Shown: piece after piece, positions 36,206 through 45,882 of the stretch | How the letters are laid out: every line of letters begins with the position of its first letter | Numbering within the stretch: position 1 is the stretch's first letter | NCBI GenBank assembly: GCA_965248455.1 | Contig: OZ252105.1 | Location: 200,993 to 264,992, forward strand | Direction of reading: 5' to 3' | Source of the DNA: Dehalococcoidia bacterium | Lineage (GTDB): Bacteria > Chloroflexota > Dehalococcoidia > Lucifugimonadales > Australimonadaceae | Length of the DNA: 64,000 bases | Notes under the pieces: generated by a model | What the model was told of the DNA's origin: nothing | The model's input: the letters and a program-made list of their open reading frames with translations, nothing else | Database searches by the model: none | Made by a program: the position numbers and the translations under genes

Positions 36206-37855
36206 GTGAGCAGCATATTGAACAGATCGCATAGCCCCATTTATACCACCCGAGGCATCGTTGGCTCGGCTTCTCCGCTCGCAGGAGCGGCGGGCGCGCA
36301 CGTTCTGCGCGAGGGCGGCAACGCCTTCGACGCCGCCATCGCAGTGGCCGCCGCGGAGGCCGTCACGCTTCCCATGATGTGCGGCATCGGCGGTGAAGTG
36401 TTCGCGCTTCTCTACCATGCGGCCTCCGGCAAGATATACGGCATCTCCGGCTCAGGGAAGGCTTCCCTCAGCGCGACACGCGACTATTTCGTGAGCCGGG
36501 GGTACGTGAAGATGCCGGCGGACGGTCCACTTACCCCTGCCGTGCCCGGCGAGGTACACGCCTGGCAGACGATCCTCGACAACTTCGGGTCGAGGACGCT
36601 CGCGCAGCTCATCGAGCCGGCCATCACGCTTGCGACCGATGGCTTCTCGTTGCCTCCGCGCTCGGCCAGCTACTTCACGGATCACTACACGAAGCTCTCC
36701 AAGTACCCCACGACGGCCAAGGTATTCATCAAACCGGACGGCTCGCCGTACCTGTTGGGCGACGTGTTCGCGCAGCCCGCTCTGGCTCGCTCCCTCCGCC
36801 GGGTAGCGGACGGCGGCCCGGACGAGTTCTACCGAGGCGCGCTTGGCAAGGAGATTGCGCAGGGCATCGCCGACGGCGGAGGGCTCATCGACGAGGACGA
36901 CCTTGCGCAGCACGAGACGCTCTTCTATGACGACCCGCCTTCCGTGGGCTACCACGGGCATACGGTGTACGCAACGGGCCTACCGTCCCAGGGAGCGCTG
37001 ACGCTCGAACTGTTGAGCCTTCTCGATGGGTTCGACCTCGCCGCGCTTGGCCACAACACGGCGGAGTGCATTCATACCATGGTAGAGGCGAAGCGTCTCG
37101 CGTTTGCCGACCGCCTCGCCTACATAGGCGACCCTGAATTCGTGCGCGTGCCGCTCGATGAACTGCTCTCTCCTGAATACGCCGCGCGCCGCCGGTCGCT
37201 CATCGACCCTGAACGGGCAGCGGGAAGCATCGTTCGCGCGGGCGAGCTGGCGCATTCCGTGTCGCCCTCACCGACTACGTCGTATTTCAACGTCATCGAC
37301 AGCGAGGGCAATGCCGTCTCGTTCATCCACAGCCTTTCGATGTACTTCGGTAGCGGGTTCGTTGCAGGCGACACCGGCGTTCTGCTGAACGACCGCGTGG
37401 GCCGCGGCTTCTCCCTCGAAGAAGGACACGTCAACGTCGTTGCTCCGGGGAAGAAGACGATCAACACGATTCACTCCTACATGGTGTTTCAGGACGGCAA
37501 ACCCGTGCTCGTCGGCGGTACGCCTGGCGGGGACAATCAGCCTCAGTGGAACGCGCAGGCTATCTCCAACGTCATCGATCACGGGATGGACGTGCAGCAG
37601 GCCGCCGATGCTCCGCGATGGACGCACTTCCCCGGAACGGATCCGCGCTCCATCGACCAGGAGATGGCGCTGCGGATGGAAGACGGCTTCAGCGAGGAGG
37701 TCACACGCAGCCTCGCAGCGAAAGGCCACAACGTCGCCGGCTATCCCACGGTGGGTACGCCGGGCGCGGTTCAACTCATCGCGATAGATCATGAACGGGG
37801 CGTTCGCACCGGCGGCACGGACCGCCGTTCGGACGGCTACCCCACACCGGAGTAA
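36206..37855 (+). CDS. ggt: gamma-glutamyltransferase family protein
   Basis: GIVGSASPLAGAAGAHVLREGGNAFDAAIAV and later the GGTPGGDNQPQ motif. GTG 36206 after GAGGTG. The upstream part of the 1023-aa ORF is antisense to the bicupin gene. Confidence 0.85.
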   Translation: MSSILNRSHSPIYTTRGIVGSASPLAGAAGAHVLREGGNAFDAAIAVAAAEAVTLPMMCGIGGEVFALLYHAASGKIYGISGSGKASLSATRDYFVSRGYVKMPADGPLTPAVPGEVHAWQTILDNFGSRTLAQLIEPAITLATDGFSLPPRSASYFTDHYTKLSKYPTTAKVFIKPDGSPYLLGDVFAQPALARSLRRVADGGPDEFYRGALGKEIAQGIADGGGLIDEDDLAQHETLFYDDPPSVGYHGHTVYATGLPSQGALTLELLSLLDGFDLAALGHNTAECIHTMVEAKRLAFADRLAYIGDPEFVRVPLDELLSPEYAARRRSLIDPERAAGSIVRAGELAHSVSPSPTTSYFNVIDSEGNAVSFIHSLSMYFGSGFVAGDTGVLLNDRVGRGFSLEEGHVNVVAPGKKTINTIHSYMVFQDGKPVLVGGTPGGDNQPQWNAQAISNVIDHGMDVQQAADAPRWTHFPGTDPRSIDQEMALRMEDGFSEEVTRSLAAKGHNVAGYPTVGTPGAVQLIAIDHERGVRTGGTDRRSDGYPTPE

Positions 37856-37859
37856 CGAC

Positions 37860-38783
37860 ATGCCCATCACGCTCATGGCGGATCATGAATACGCCGCCGA
37901 ATACCTCGCGAACGGCTCTATCAAGGTCGAAGGATTCGACGTCGAGACGGTCTGGCCGGAGGGAGGCTCAGCGTCCGTCTACGCCAAACTGTTCACGGAA
38001 CCTCCCTACGATGTGATGGTGGTGCCCATCACGAACTTCCTCATCGCGGTTGACCTCGGCAGGCCGTTGGCGGGCATCCCCGTGTTCCCGGACGTGTCGT
38101 TTGCGCACACCGGCGCGCAGGTGAATACGAACGCCGGTATCACGAGCCCCAAGGATCTCGAAGGCAAGCGCGTCGGTGTTCGCGGGTGGGGCTTCAACCC
38201 TGGGACATGGCTGCGAGGCGCGCTCGCGGATGTCTACGGCCTCGACGCTACACGGGTGCATTGGGTGGAGGCGGAGCCCAACTCACTGATGAACGCGGAC
38301 TACCCCCGCGATTCCCGGTTCAGCGTCTCCAAGGGCGGCGACCAGATCGCGGAGCTGGAGAGCGGCGCGTTGGACGCGGTGCTGTTCGACCGCTCCGGCC
38401 CGCCGCTCGCAGGAAACCGCGCCCGGCTGTTCGACGACCCTTTGGCCGCAGCGCTGGAATATCACGCGCAGACGAGCGTGCTGCCGGTGAACGTGATGCT
38501 GGTGGCGAAGCGGGATGTGCTCGATGCGAACCCCGGCCTCGCACAGGCGGTCGTCGAGGCGTCGGACAAAGCGCGTGAAGCGTATTACGCCCACGCTTCC
38601 GACGACGATGAGCATATGGGCTTGCCCATCGGCTGGCTGCGGCAGCACGGCCTGTTCCCGCACGAGAACGGGTTGGAGCGCAACCGCAACGCCATCGAGA
38701 CCATCGTCCGCTACGCGGCAGACCTCGGCCTCATCAGCCGTCGCTTTACGCCGGAGGAGCTGTTCTTCGACGGCGTGCGTTAG
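37860..38783 (+). CDS. 4,5-dihydroxyphthalate decarboxylase-like (PBP-fold) protein, copy 1
   Basis: IPVFPDVSFAHTG…GITSPKDLEGKRVGV pattern is shared with copy 2 (57360-58337) and with my recollection of PhtD/Pht5-type decarboxylases. Confidence 0.65.
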   Translation: MPITLMADHEYAAEYLANGSIKVEGFDVETVWPEGGSASVYAKLFTEPPYDVMVVPITNFLIAVDLGRPLAGIPVFPDVSFAHTGAQVNTNAGITSPKDLEGKRVGVRGWGFNPGTWLRGALADVYGLDATRVHWVEAEPNSLMNADYPRDSRFSVSKGGDQIAELESGALDAVLFDRSGPPLAGNRARLFDDPLAAALEYHAQTSVLPVNVMLVAKRDVLDANPGLAQAVVEASDKAREAYYAHASDDDEHMGLPIGWLRQHGLFPHENGLERNRNAIETIVRYAADLGLISRRFTPEELFFDGVR

Positions 38784-38882
38784 GAGTGGCACGGGCGATA
38801 TATAGCAAAGTTAGGGAGTTTATCAAAATTCGATAACTTTCCTAACCTTACTAACTTCCATAACTTCGCTAACTTTGCTATA
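38739..38882 (+). repeat. direct repeat L: last 14 codons of the decarboxylase-like gene + TAG + AT-rich palindrome with 5 x 9-nt TAACTTNNC units
   Basis: tatagcaaagttag (38801-38814) pairs with ctaactttgctata (38869-38882). 9-mers at 38834-38878. Matches 40048-40164. Confidence 0.8.
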
Positions 38883-38892
38883 AACTGGATGC

Positions 38893-40092
38893 ATGGATCC
38901 TATACGTAACCCGTACGCGCCTGGCGCGGGAACACAGCCTCCGGAACTGGCAGGCCGCCAGGAGATACGCGAAGCCGCGCGTATCGCGCTGGAACGGATT
39001 CGGAGGGGACGTCCCAACAAGAGCATGATGATGGTGGGCTTGCGGGGCGTGGGGAAAACGGTGTTGCTCGACCGGGTGAGGCTGGACGCAGAGGCCGCCG
39101 GGATCGTCGCCTTGCGTGTGGAAGCCGCTGATGACCGCTCGCTCCCATCGATGCTTGCGCCGGAATTGCGCGCAGCCTTGTTGCGTCTGTCGATGAAGGA
39201 TGCCGCCAGGGAGTTAGCGCAACGCGCTTTGAGAGGTCTCGCGGGGTTCGTCGGCGCGCTCAGAGTGAGGTACCACGACATCGAGGTCGGCCTGGACTTG
39301 GAACCGGAACCGGGGTTGGCGGACAACGGGGACTTGGAGATTGACCTGCAGAGCCTGTTCGAAGCGGTAGGGGCTGCCGCAAAGGCGGATGGAACCTGCA
39401 TAACACTCTTCGTCGACGAACTCCAGTATGTGAAGGTGAACGAACTCGCGGCGCTGATTACCGCATTGCACCGGATGGCGCAGCGGCAGCTCCCTGTCAC
39501 TATGGTTGGGGCGGGCTTGCCCCAGGTGCGGGGCCGCATGGGGAATGCGAAATCCTACGCAGAGCGGCTTTTCGATTTCCCCGAAATCGGGCCGTTATCC
39601 CCCCAAGATGCCAAACTGGCCATCGTCAAGCCCGCTGAGGACGAGGGCGTGACGATAGAGGAGCCCGCCCTCGACGCCATCGTTGCCAGAACGGGGTGCT
39701 ACCCTTACTTCCTACAAGAGTGGGGAAAACATCTGTGGGATGCCGCCGAAAGTTCCCCTATCACCATCGCCAGTGTGGAGACTGCCTCTGCGCAGGCCAT
39801 AGCCGATCTGGATGCGAGCTTCTTCATGGTCAGGTTCGACCGGCTGACCCAGTCAGAGAAGAGATACCTCCGAGCGATGGCCAGCCTTGGCGATGGGATC
39901 CACCGCTCCGGTGACATCGCCCAAGCGATGGGCCGCAGCGTCAGTTCCCTCGCGCCCACTCGCAGCCAGCTCATCAACAAGGGCATGGTCTGGAGTCCGA
40001 GCCATGGAGATACCGCCTTCACCGTCCCCATGTTCGACGAGTTCATGCGGCGCATCATGCCGGAGGAACGGCTCTTCGATGGCGCTGAATAG
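38893..40092 (+). CDS. AAA+ ATPase with C-terminal winged-helix-like domain
   Basis: Walker A GLRGVGKT and Walker B LFVDELQ. The last 14 aa RRIMPEERLFDGAE resemble RRFTPEELFFDGVR at the end of the preceding gene. Confidence 0.75.
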   Translation: MDPIRNPYAPGAGTQPPELAGRQEIREAARIALERIRRGRPNKSMMMVGLRGVGKTVLLDRVRLDAEAAGIVALRVEAADDRSLPSMLAPELRAALLRLSMKDAARELAQRALRGLAGFVGALRVRYHDIEVGLDLEPEPGLADNGDLEIDLQSLFEAVGAAAKADGTCITLFVDELQYVKVNELAALITALHRMAQRQLPVTMVGAGLPQVRGRMGNAKSYAERLFDFPEIGPLSPQDAKLAIVKPAEDEGVTIEEPALDAIVARTGCYPYFLQEWGKHLWDAAESSPITIASVETASAQAIADLDASFFMVRFDRLTQSEKRYLRAMASLGDGIHRSGDIAQAMGRSVSSLAPTRSQLINKGMVWSPSHGDTAFTVPMFDEFMRRIMPEERLFDGAE

Positions 40093-40164
40093 GAGTGGCG
40101 CAGTACATTTATAGTAAAGTTAGGGAAGTTAGCAAAATTCGATAAACTACCTAACTTTGCTATA
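40048..40164 (+). repeat. direct repeat R: copy of the decarboxylase-like 3' end + TAG + AT-rich palindrome with 2 x 9-nt units
   Basis: 32 of 45 coding nt identical to 38739-38783 by hand. TAGGAGTGGC is shared. Palindrome arms at 40110-40123 and 40151-40164. 27 nt (3 units) shorter than copy L. Confidence 0.8.
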
Positions 40165-40211
40165 AATGGCGTTATACCTCCGCACGCAGCACATGTAACC
40201 GACGGCGCGCG

Positions 40212-40805
40212 TTAACGCAGGAGCGCCTGTCCGGCTGCAACTGCGGCTTCCCATTCCGGCGTTCCGAGCAGCTCCGGGAGACCCAGCGGCTCCGCAGGAG
40301 GGAAGTTGGCGTTTCCCAGCATGTACTCCAGCCATATGACGTCTCTCCACGCTCCAAGCTTGTAGCCGACCTCGTGAAATGTGCCGATCTGCTCGAAGCC
40401 CATGGCCTCGTGTAGTCCGATGCTTGCAGGGTTCGGCTCCGTGACTCCGGCGTAGGCGCGGCGGTATCCGAGCAGGCGGAGCGTTCCCAAGAGAGCGATG
40501 TACAACGCTGTGCCGATGCCCGTGCGGTGGTGCTTCGGGTGGATATAGATGGTGGTCTCGACAGACCAGCGGTAGGCAGGGGAGACGCGGTGCGGGCTGG
40601 CGTAGGCGTAGCCGGTCACGAGGCCATCGCGCTCGCAGACGAACCATGGCAACCGATCGATTGACCTCTGGATGCGGTCGCGGAAATCAGCGCCGGTGGG
40701 AGCTGTGTAGACGAAGGTTATCGCCGTATCGCGGGCGTAAGGCTCGTAGATCGCCGCGATCTGGTCGGCGTCGTCTTCGCGAACGAGCCGGAGGGTAGTT
40801 GGCAT
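40212..40805 (-). CDS. GNAT N-acetyltransferase (phosphinothricin/YncA-like)
   Basis: IHPKHHRTGIGTALY…GLHEAMGFEQIG is the acetyl-CoA-binding region. Confidence 0.8.
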   Translation of the reverse strand: MPTTLRLVREDDADQIAAIYEPYARDTAITFVYTAPTGADFRDRIQRSIDRLPWFVCERDGLVTGYAYASPHRVSPAYRWSVETTIYIHPKHHRTGIGTALYIALLGTLRLLGYRRAYAGVTEPNPASIGLHEAMGFEQIGTFHEVGYKLGAWRDVIWLEYMLGNANFPPAEPLGLPELLGTPEWEAAVAAGQALLR

Positions 40806-40808
40806 AGC

Positions 40809-42125
40809 CTACGCATCGCGGACGGCTGCGACTCCGGCGCGGAATGCTTCGATGGTGCGCTCGATGTCCTCGTCGGTGTGGCAGACGCCGACGTACAGCT
40901 TGCCGGAGGGCTTGAAGACGCCGTGCTCCAGCAGCGTGTTGTCGAATATGCGGTTGAGCGTCTTGTCCACCAGCGTGGAGCGGTAGTCGACGATGGGTTG
41001 CTCGGTGAAGTAGACATCGAACATCACGTCGACGCCGCTCACGACCGCAGGAACCTCCGCCTCGTCGAAGAGGCGTTGGAGCGTGTTGCGGAGCCTTGCA
41101 GCGCGCTCGTGGTACGCCCCGTACGTCCCGGGTACGCTCAGGACATCCAGCGTTGCGAGGCCTGCCGCCGCCGCGACCGGGTTGCCGTTCAGCGTGCCTG
41201 TCTGCGGCACGTAGCGGTCAGCGGGCGCAGTGCGAGGGTCGTACGCTTCCAGCAGGTCGCGCCGTCCAACGACCGCTGCCAGGGGGAAGCCGCCCCCCAC
41301 GATCTTGCCGATGGCCGCGATGTCCGGCACGACGCCGTAGTGTTCCTGCGCGCCGCCGTAGGCGAGGCGGAAGCTCGTGACGACCTCGTCGAAGATGAGC
41401 AGAACGCCGTAGCGCTCCGTCAGCGTGCGCAGTCCGGCGAGGAATCCCGGCTGCGGTGCGATGACGCGCTGCACCGGCTCCACGATGACCGCCGCGAGTT
41501 CGTCGTGGTACCGGTCGAGCAGGTCCTCCACCATGTTGAGGTCGTTGAATGGCGCGACAAGCACCGTCTCCTGGACGGCCTTGGGTATGCCCGCGGAGCT
41601 CGGTTCACCGTGAGGGAACTCCGTCTTCCCGGAAGGCGACAGGCTCATCAGTGAGTAGTCGTGCATCCCGTGGAAGCCGCCCTCGAATTTGAGGATCTTC
41701 TCCCGTTTGCGGAACGAACGCGCGATCTTCAACGCGTTGTAGGTCGCCTCGGTGCCGGTGCTGACGAAGCGCACCTGCTCCGCGCACGGCATCGCTTCGA
41801 TGATGCGCTCGGCCAGTGCGATAGCGTACTCGTTCTGCGTGAAGAACGTCGTGCCCTTGGCCATCGCCGCGCTTGCGGCTTCGATGACCTTGGGGTGGGC
41901 ATGGCCAAGCACCATCGGCCCCGACCCCAGCAGATAGTCGATGTAGGAGTTGCCGCTCATGTCGCTGATGTGCGACCCGTGGCCCTCGCGTACGACGAAC
42001 GCATAATCGTCATCGAGCCGCAGGTTCCCGAGCGTACCGCCGGGCAGCGCGCGCGCCGCTCTCGCGAGCATCTCTCGTTCTTCAGGTGTCCTGTTCAAGC
42101 GTGACAAGGGGCAACTCCTCTCCAT
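40809..42125 (-). CDS. class III aminotransferase / glutamate-1-semialdehyde aminomutase-like
   Basis: LPGGTLGN…YIDYLLGSGPMVLGHAHP…FVSTGTEAT…FDEVVTSFR motifs. Start uncertain. Confidence 0.8.
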   Translation of the reverse strand: MERSCPLSRLNRTPEEREMLARAARALPGGTLGNLRLDDDYAFVVREGHGSHISDMSGNSYIDYLLGSGPMVLGHAHPKVIEAASAAMAKGTTFFTQNEYAIALAERIIEAMPCAEQVRFVSTGTEATYNALKIARSFRKREKILKFEGGFHGMHDYSLMSLSPSGKTEFPHGEPSSAGIPKAVQETVLVAPFNDLNMVEDLLDRYHDELAAVIVEPVQRVIAPQPGFLAGLRTLTERYGVLLIFDEVVTSFRLAYGGAQEHYGVVPDIAAIGKIVGGGFPLAAVVGRRDLLEAYDPRTAPADRYVPQTGTLNGNPVAAAAGLATLDVLSVPGTYGAYHERAARLRNTLQRLFDEAEVPAVVSGVDVMFDVYFTEQPIVDYRSTLVDKTLNRIFDNTLLEHGVFKPSGKLYVGVCHTDEDIERTIEAFRAGVAAVRDA

Positions 42126-42364
42126 CGTCTATCGTTGAATCGTCCGGTCGATTCTGCCATGCGCGCCGACGCGTTGCTACTGCCGGGGCGCTGTCCTCCG
42201 AACGATCAGGCGCGAGATGGGGCTGTGGCCTTCCAAGGCGCTGGCGTTGTGATAGGCTTTCGGTTGGCGTCGGTTCGTTGCCGAGGCGCGCGGCTGGCGG
42301 CAGTAGAGGTTGGGCGTGCAAACGCGCCTACCTTGAAAATCTTGTGAATACGCGGAGGGAGAGC

Positions 42365-43099
42365 ATGGCAATAAAGGAAGTTGCGGAAGTCAGCGCTGGG
42401 GGAGACCCGATGCCGGTTCATACGGCACGTCCGGATGGCGACGGGAAGAGCCCGGCAGTCATCGTGATTCAGGAGGTATTCGGCGTCAACAACCACATGA
42501 AGAGCATCGTTGATCGCTTTGCCGCCGAGGGCTACTTCGCCGCTGCGCCCGAGCTGTTCCACCGCTCCGGCGCGGGCACAGAGGTTGCGTTCACGGACAT
42601 GGAGCGCGCGTTCGCCGAGCGGGGCAAGCTGTCCATGGAGGACATCAACGCCGACGTGCAGGCGACGATAGACTACCTGCGCAGCAACCCGAACGTGGAC
42701 GCCGACAACATCGGCATCGTTGGCTTCTGCTTCGGCGGCATGGTGTCGTACCTCGGCGCGACCATGGACGGTATCAAGGCGGCAGCCGTGTACTACGGCG
42801 GAGGCATCCTGCCGCGACCGGACGCAGCGGAAGGCACGCCGCGTCTCCTCGACCAGACCGCCGACAGCGTGCAGGCGCCGATCATCGGCTTCTGGGGCGA
42901 TCAGGACGGCGGCATACCCGTCTCCAACGTCGACGCCATCGAGGCCACGTTGAAGGAGAAGGGCAAGTCCATCGAGAACCACGTCTACGAGGGCGCGGGG
43001 CACGGCTTCTTCTGCGACGAGCGCGGCAGCTACAACGAGGCCGCTTCGAACGACGCATGGCCCAAGACGCTCGCGTTCTTCGGTGCGAACCTCAAGTAA
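42365..43099 (+). CDS. dienelactone hydrolase family protein
   Basis: AVIVIQEVFGVNNHMK and GIVGFCFGG nucleophile elbow. GGAGGGAG RBS before ATG 42365. Confidence 0.85.
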   Translation: MAIKEVAEVSAGGDPMPVHTARPDGDGKSPAVIVIQEVFGVNNHMKSIVDRFAAEGYFAAAPELFHRSGAGTEVAFTDMERAFAERGKLSMEDINADVQATIDYLRSNPNVDADNIGIVGFCFGGMVSYLGATMDGIKAAAVYYGGGILPRPDAAEGTPRLLDQTADSVQAPIIGFWGDQDGGIPVSNVDAIEATLKEKGKSIENHVYEGAGHGFFCDERGSYNEAASNDAWPKTLAFFGANLK

Positions 43100-43128
43100 T
43101 CGCGAAGCGGTACACGATACGCAAAGCG

Positions 43129-43163
43129 AAGGGCCGGAGCTGATGCTCCGGCCCTTTCTCGTT
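43129..43163 (+). terminator. bidirectional rho-independent terminator between convergent genes
   Basis: aagggccggagc (43129-43140), tgat loop, gctccggccctt (43145-43156), then tctcgtt. Confidence 0.6.
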
Positions 43164-43215
43164 GGCCTCTCATGGCGTCGGCGGGCGCATCGAGCCACCC
43201 GTCGCGGTTCGCGCC

Positions 43216-44736
43216 TCAACCCGACTGTGAGCGTAAGGAAAAGACGAGCGACTTGACCGTTACGGGGATAACCTCCGACGCGCCCATAGGCTTGCCGATG
43301 TCCACGTAGTCAAGGTCGCCGACCTCAATGCCGTCTATGGCGATGATAGCGCGATTGAAGTTCAACTCCTCACGGATGATGCCGCCGAGCGATTTGGCGA
43401 CGTCCACGTCAACGACGAGGAAAACGGGTGCTTCGGGCGGCTCGTCGGCGACCGTCTTGATGATCGACTCAGCAAGGCGGCGGATGTACCAGTAATCGGG
43501 TTGGCCGGCGATGGACATGGCGAGGACCATCGAGGAGGGCAGCCTGTCCATGTCGTACTTACCGACGCCTGCTGCGAGCGCGGCCTCCATCTCCTCCGCG
43601 CTTTGCTCCTTATTGATGAAGGCGCGTGCCACCTGTACGCCCCGGACGGGGAGCACGTCAGCGGTTGCGATGTAACTCGTGCTGCCGCTGGCCTGCAGCG
43701 TGTACTCGCCCGCGCCGATGACCGTAGCGCGGATGCCCTCCGCAGGGGTGATGAGCACGCCGGGCCGGAATGTTCCCATGGAGCGCTCGCGGACGATTCT
43801 GCCGAACCAAGGGCCTACGTCTCCGTACGACTCGCTCGTACGGTCGTAGACGTACTCCGAGACGCCGCCTGAATAGACGATATGGTCGATGTCGTGCAGG
43901 GACGATACGCGCAGGCCGTCGGTCAGCAGAAGGGACTCGGTAAGTGGGTCCACGTCGCCGCCGCTGATGACGTCGAACAGGATGTCGGTCATCCTGGCAA
44001 CGAATTGATCGCGCTGGGCCTCGGTCAGCTTGCCGCCGACCGCGACCTCGTGGCCGAGCGTCTTCATGATGGTGCGCGCGGGCTGTTCGACCCGCGTGAT
44101 CGTCATATCGTCGTCGTAGGCGATGAGCCGCGCGCCGATCTCGACCACCACCATCTGGGAGATCTCGCCGCCTTGGATGAGCGATATCTTGGTCGTTCCG
44201 CCGCCCATGTCTATGTCGAGCACGGAATTGGAGTGGCTCTTGGAGATGGCGACTGCGCCCGACCCGAAGGCCGCGAGGAGCGCCTCGTGCATCGGCCCTG
44301 CAGACGCGCAGATGAACCCGCCGGACTTTTCGGAGAAGTACTCCAGGATGGGCTGAGCGTTCTCCTTCTTGAGCGCCTCGCCCGTGATGACGACTGCGCC
44401 CGTATCGATGTCGCCCGGGGTGAACCCGGCCTCGCTATAGGACTCCTCGATGAACTGCTGCACGCTGTCCGTGTCGATGGCCGTGTTGGAGGAGTACGGC
44501 GTGAGCATGATGGGGGAGCGGTAGAGCACGTCACGGTTGGTGACGACGAACTTCGCCGACAGCCCCGCCCCCTCGCGCCGCAGGATGAGCCTGGAGAAGA
44601 TGGTGTGTGTGGTGGAGGAGCCTATATCAATGCCCACGCTGTGCAACGTGAACTTCTCGATTCCCTCGATGTCCTCGGCATCCTCGCTGTAGAGGAGGTC
44701 GAGGGCGTGTCCGTGATCGTGATCGTCGTCGTGCAT
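43216..44736 (-). CDS. EutA-like ASKHA-superfamily ATPase, copy 2
   Basis: 506 aa. VGIDIGSSTTH and DIDMGGGTTKI. His/Asp-rich N-terminus MHDDDHDHGHALD. Confidence 0.8.
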   Translation of the reverse strand: MHDDDHDHGHALDLLYSEDAEDIEGIEKFTLHSVGIDIGSSTTHTIFSRLILRREGAGLSAKFVVTNRDVLYRSPIMLTPYSSNTAIDTDSVQQFIEESYSEAGFTPGDIDTGAVVITGEALKKENAQPILEYFSEKSGGFICASAGPMHEALLAAFGSGAVAISKSHSNSVLDIDMGGGTTKISLIQGGEISQMVVVEIGARLIAYDDDMTITRVEQPARTIMKTLGHEVAVGGKLTEAQRDQFVARMTDILFDVISGGDVDPLTESLLLTDGLRVSSLHDIDHIVYSGGVSEYVYDRTSESYGDVGPWFGRIVRERSMGTFRPGVLITPAEGIRATVIGAGEYTLQASGSTSYIATADVLPVRGVQVARAFINKEQSAEEMEAALAAGVGKYDMDRLPSSMVLAMSIAGQPDYWYIRRLAESIIKTVADEPPEAPVFLVVDVDVAKSLGGIIREELNFNRAIIAIDGIEVGDLDYVDIGKPMGASEVIPVTVKSLVFSLRSQSG

Positions 44737-44781
44737 CCGTCAGTTATCCCTCAATGTTGATGTAGTGTCTGGCGGGGCGGG

Positions 44782-45882
44782 TCAGGCTTTCGCGGCCTCG
44801 TAGTTCCATTCGTACGCGTGGTTCTTGTAGGCCTCGTCCGGAATCTCGGAGGTCATGCCGCGCTCGGCCAGCTGACCCTCGAAGTATTCGCGTATCCACG
44901 GATCCTCGTCGGGGTACTCGATCTGGTCGCGTCCGCGGTCTTCTACCTTCTCGCTCATGCCCATGAACTGGTTGGGTGGATGGAGCGCGAGATAGCGTCC
45001 GTCCGCCTTGCCCAGGTTGAAGTGCTGATGGAACCAGCGGTCGGGCGGAACGAAGCAACTGGCCTCGCGCCAGTGGATAACGACCTTCTCCTGGCCTTCC
45101 TCCCACATGACGGAGTAGCCCTCGCCGCCGGGGATGACGATGACGCGTCCCGGGCCGTGGCGATGGCCCTTCTTATACGTTTTCGCGGGGAAGACGGACA
45201 TGTGCGCGTGCATCTCCGAGCCGGGGGATTGGATGAACACCACGTGCCCACCTGCGCCCCGTCCCCAGAAAGGCACGAGCTTGTCCCAGGCGGCCATGTC
45301 GGGGAAGAAGTTGCCGTGCCATACCTGGCGCCCGCGTCCGGCGAAAGCGCCCTCGCCCGCTTCCATGATGGCCTTTGCCTCGGAGTAGAACTCGTCGGTG
45401 CTGTGCAGGAAGCTACTCTCGGAGTAGGGGTTGTTGAAGAAGAATTCCGGGTCGGGCGTGGCGGACATCGCGATAGGCAGGTAGTTGTAATGGAGGAGCC
45501 GCGCGGGATTCTGGCCGTCCATGTTCGTGAGTTGGCAGTGCGAATTGCGCGGGATGAGGAAGAGGCTGCGCGTCGCCCACTCGAACGTCTTCTTGGGTCG
45601 TGAGTCGTCCGTCCATACGGTGGCGACGCCGCGCCCGCCGAGGACGTAGACCTGCTCGTCGACCGCGAGTTTCAGCGGCGGGAGCGTGCGGCCGGGCGGA
45701 ATCTCCTCGATGCGCCCCTCGACGACGCCTTCCATGCCTCGCAACTGCATGAACGCTGCATCGACCTGGCGGTCCTCCCACCAGCCGAGTTCAACGGTGC
45801 GCAGGTCTTCCACGTAGTAGCCCCGGTGAACGGGTATCCCCTGTGCTTCCATCCAGTCGTCATACGTGAAACGTCGTGCCAT
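44782..45882 (-). CDS. bicupin protein, copy 2
   Basis: 366 aa, collinear with 34985-36079. Same MHAHM, KKGHRHGPG and WFHQHFN motifs. Confidence 0.8.
   Translation of the reverse strand: MARRFTYDDWMEAQGIPVHRGYYVEDLRTVELGWWEDRQVDAAFMQLRGMEGVVEGRIEEIPPGRTLPPLKLAVDEQVYVLGGRGVATVWTDDSRPKKTFEWATRSLFLIPRNSHCQLTNMDGQNPARLLHYNYLPIAMSATPDPEFFFNNPYSESSFLHSTDEFYSEAKAIMEAGEGAFAGRGRQVWHGNFFPDMAAWDKLVPFWGRGAGGHVVFIQSPGSEMHAHMSVFPAKTYKKGHRHGPGRVIVIPGGEGYSVMWEEGQEKVVIHWREASCFVPPDRWFHQHFNLGKADGRYLALHPPNQFMGMSEKVEDRGRDQIEYPDEDPWIREYFEGQLAERGMTSEIPDEAYKNHAYEWNYEAAKA

Noticed and set aside
38801-38882. AT-rich palindromes as integron attC sites.
   Set aside because: The arms are ordered GTTAG…CTAAC on both strands, not the RYYYAAC…GTTRRRY order of attC. 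No IntI integrase or attI is in the window.
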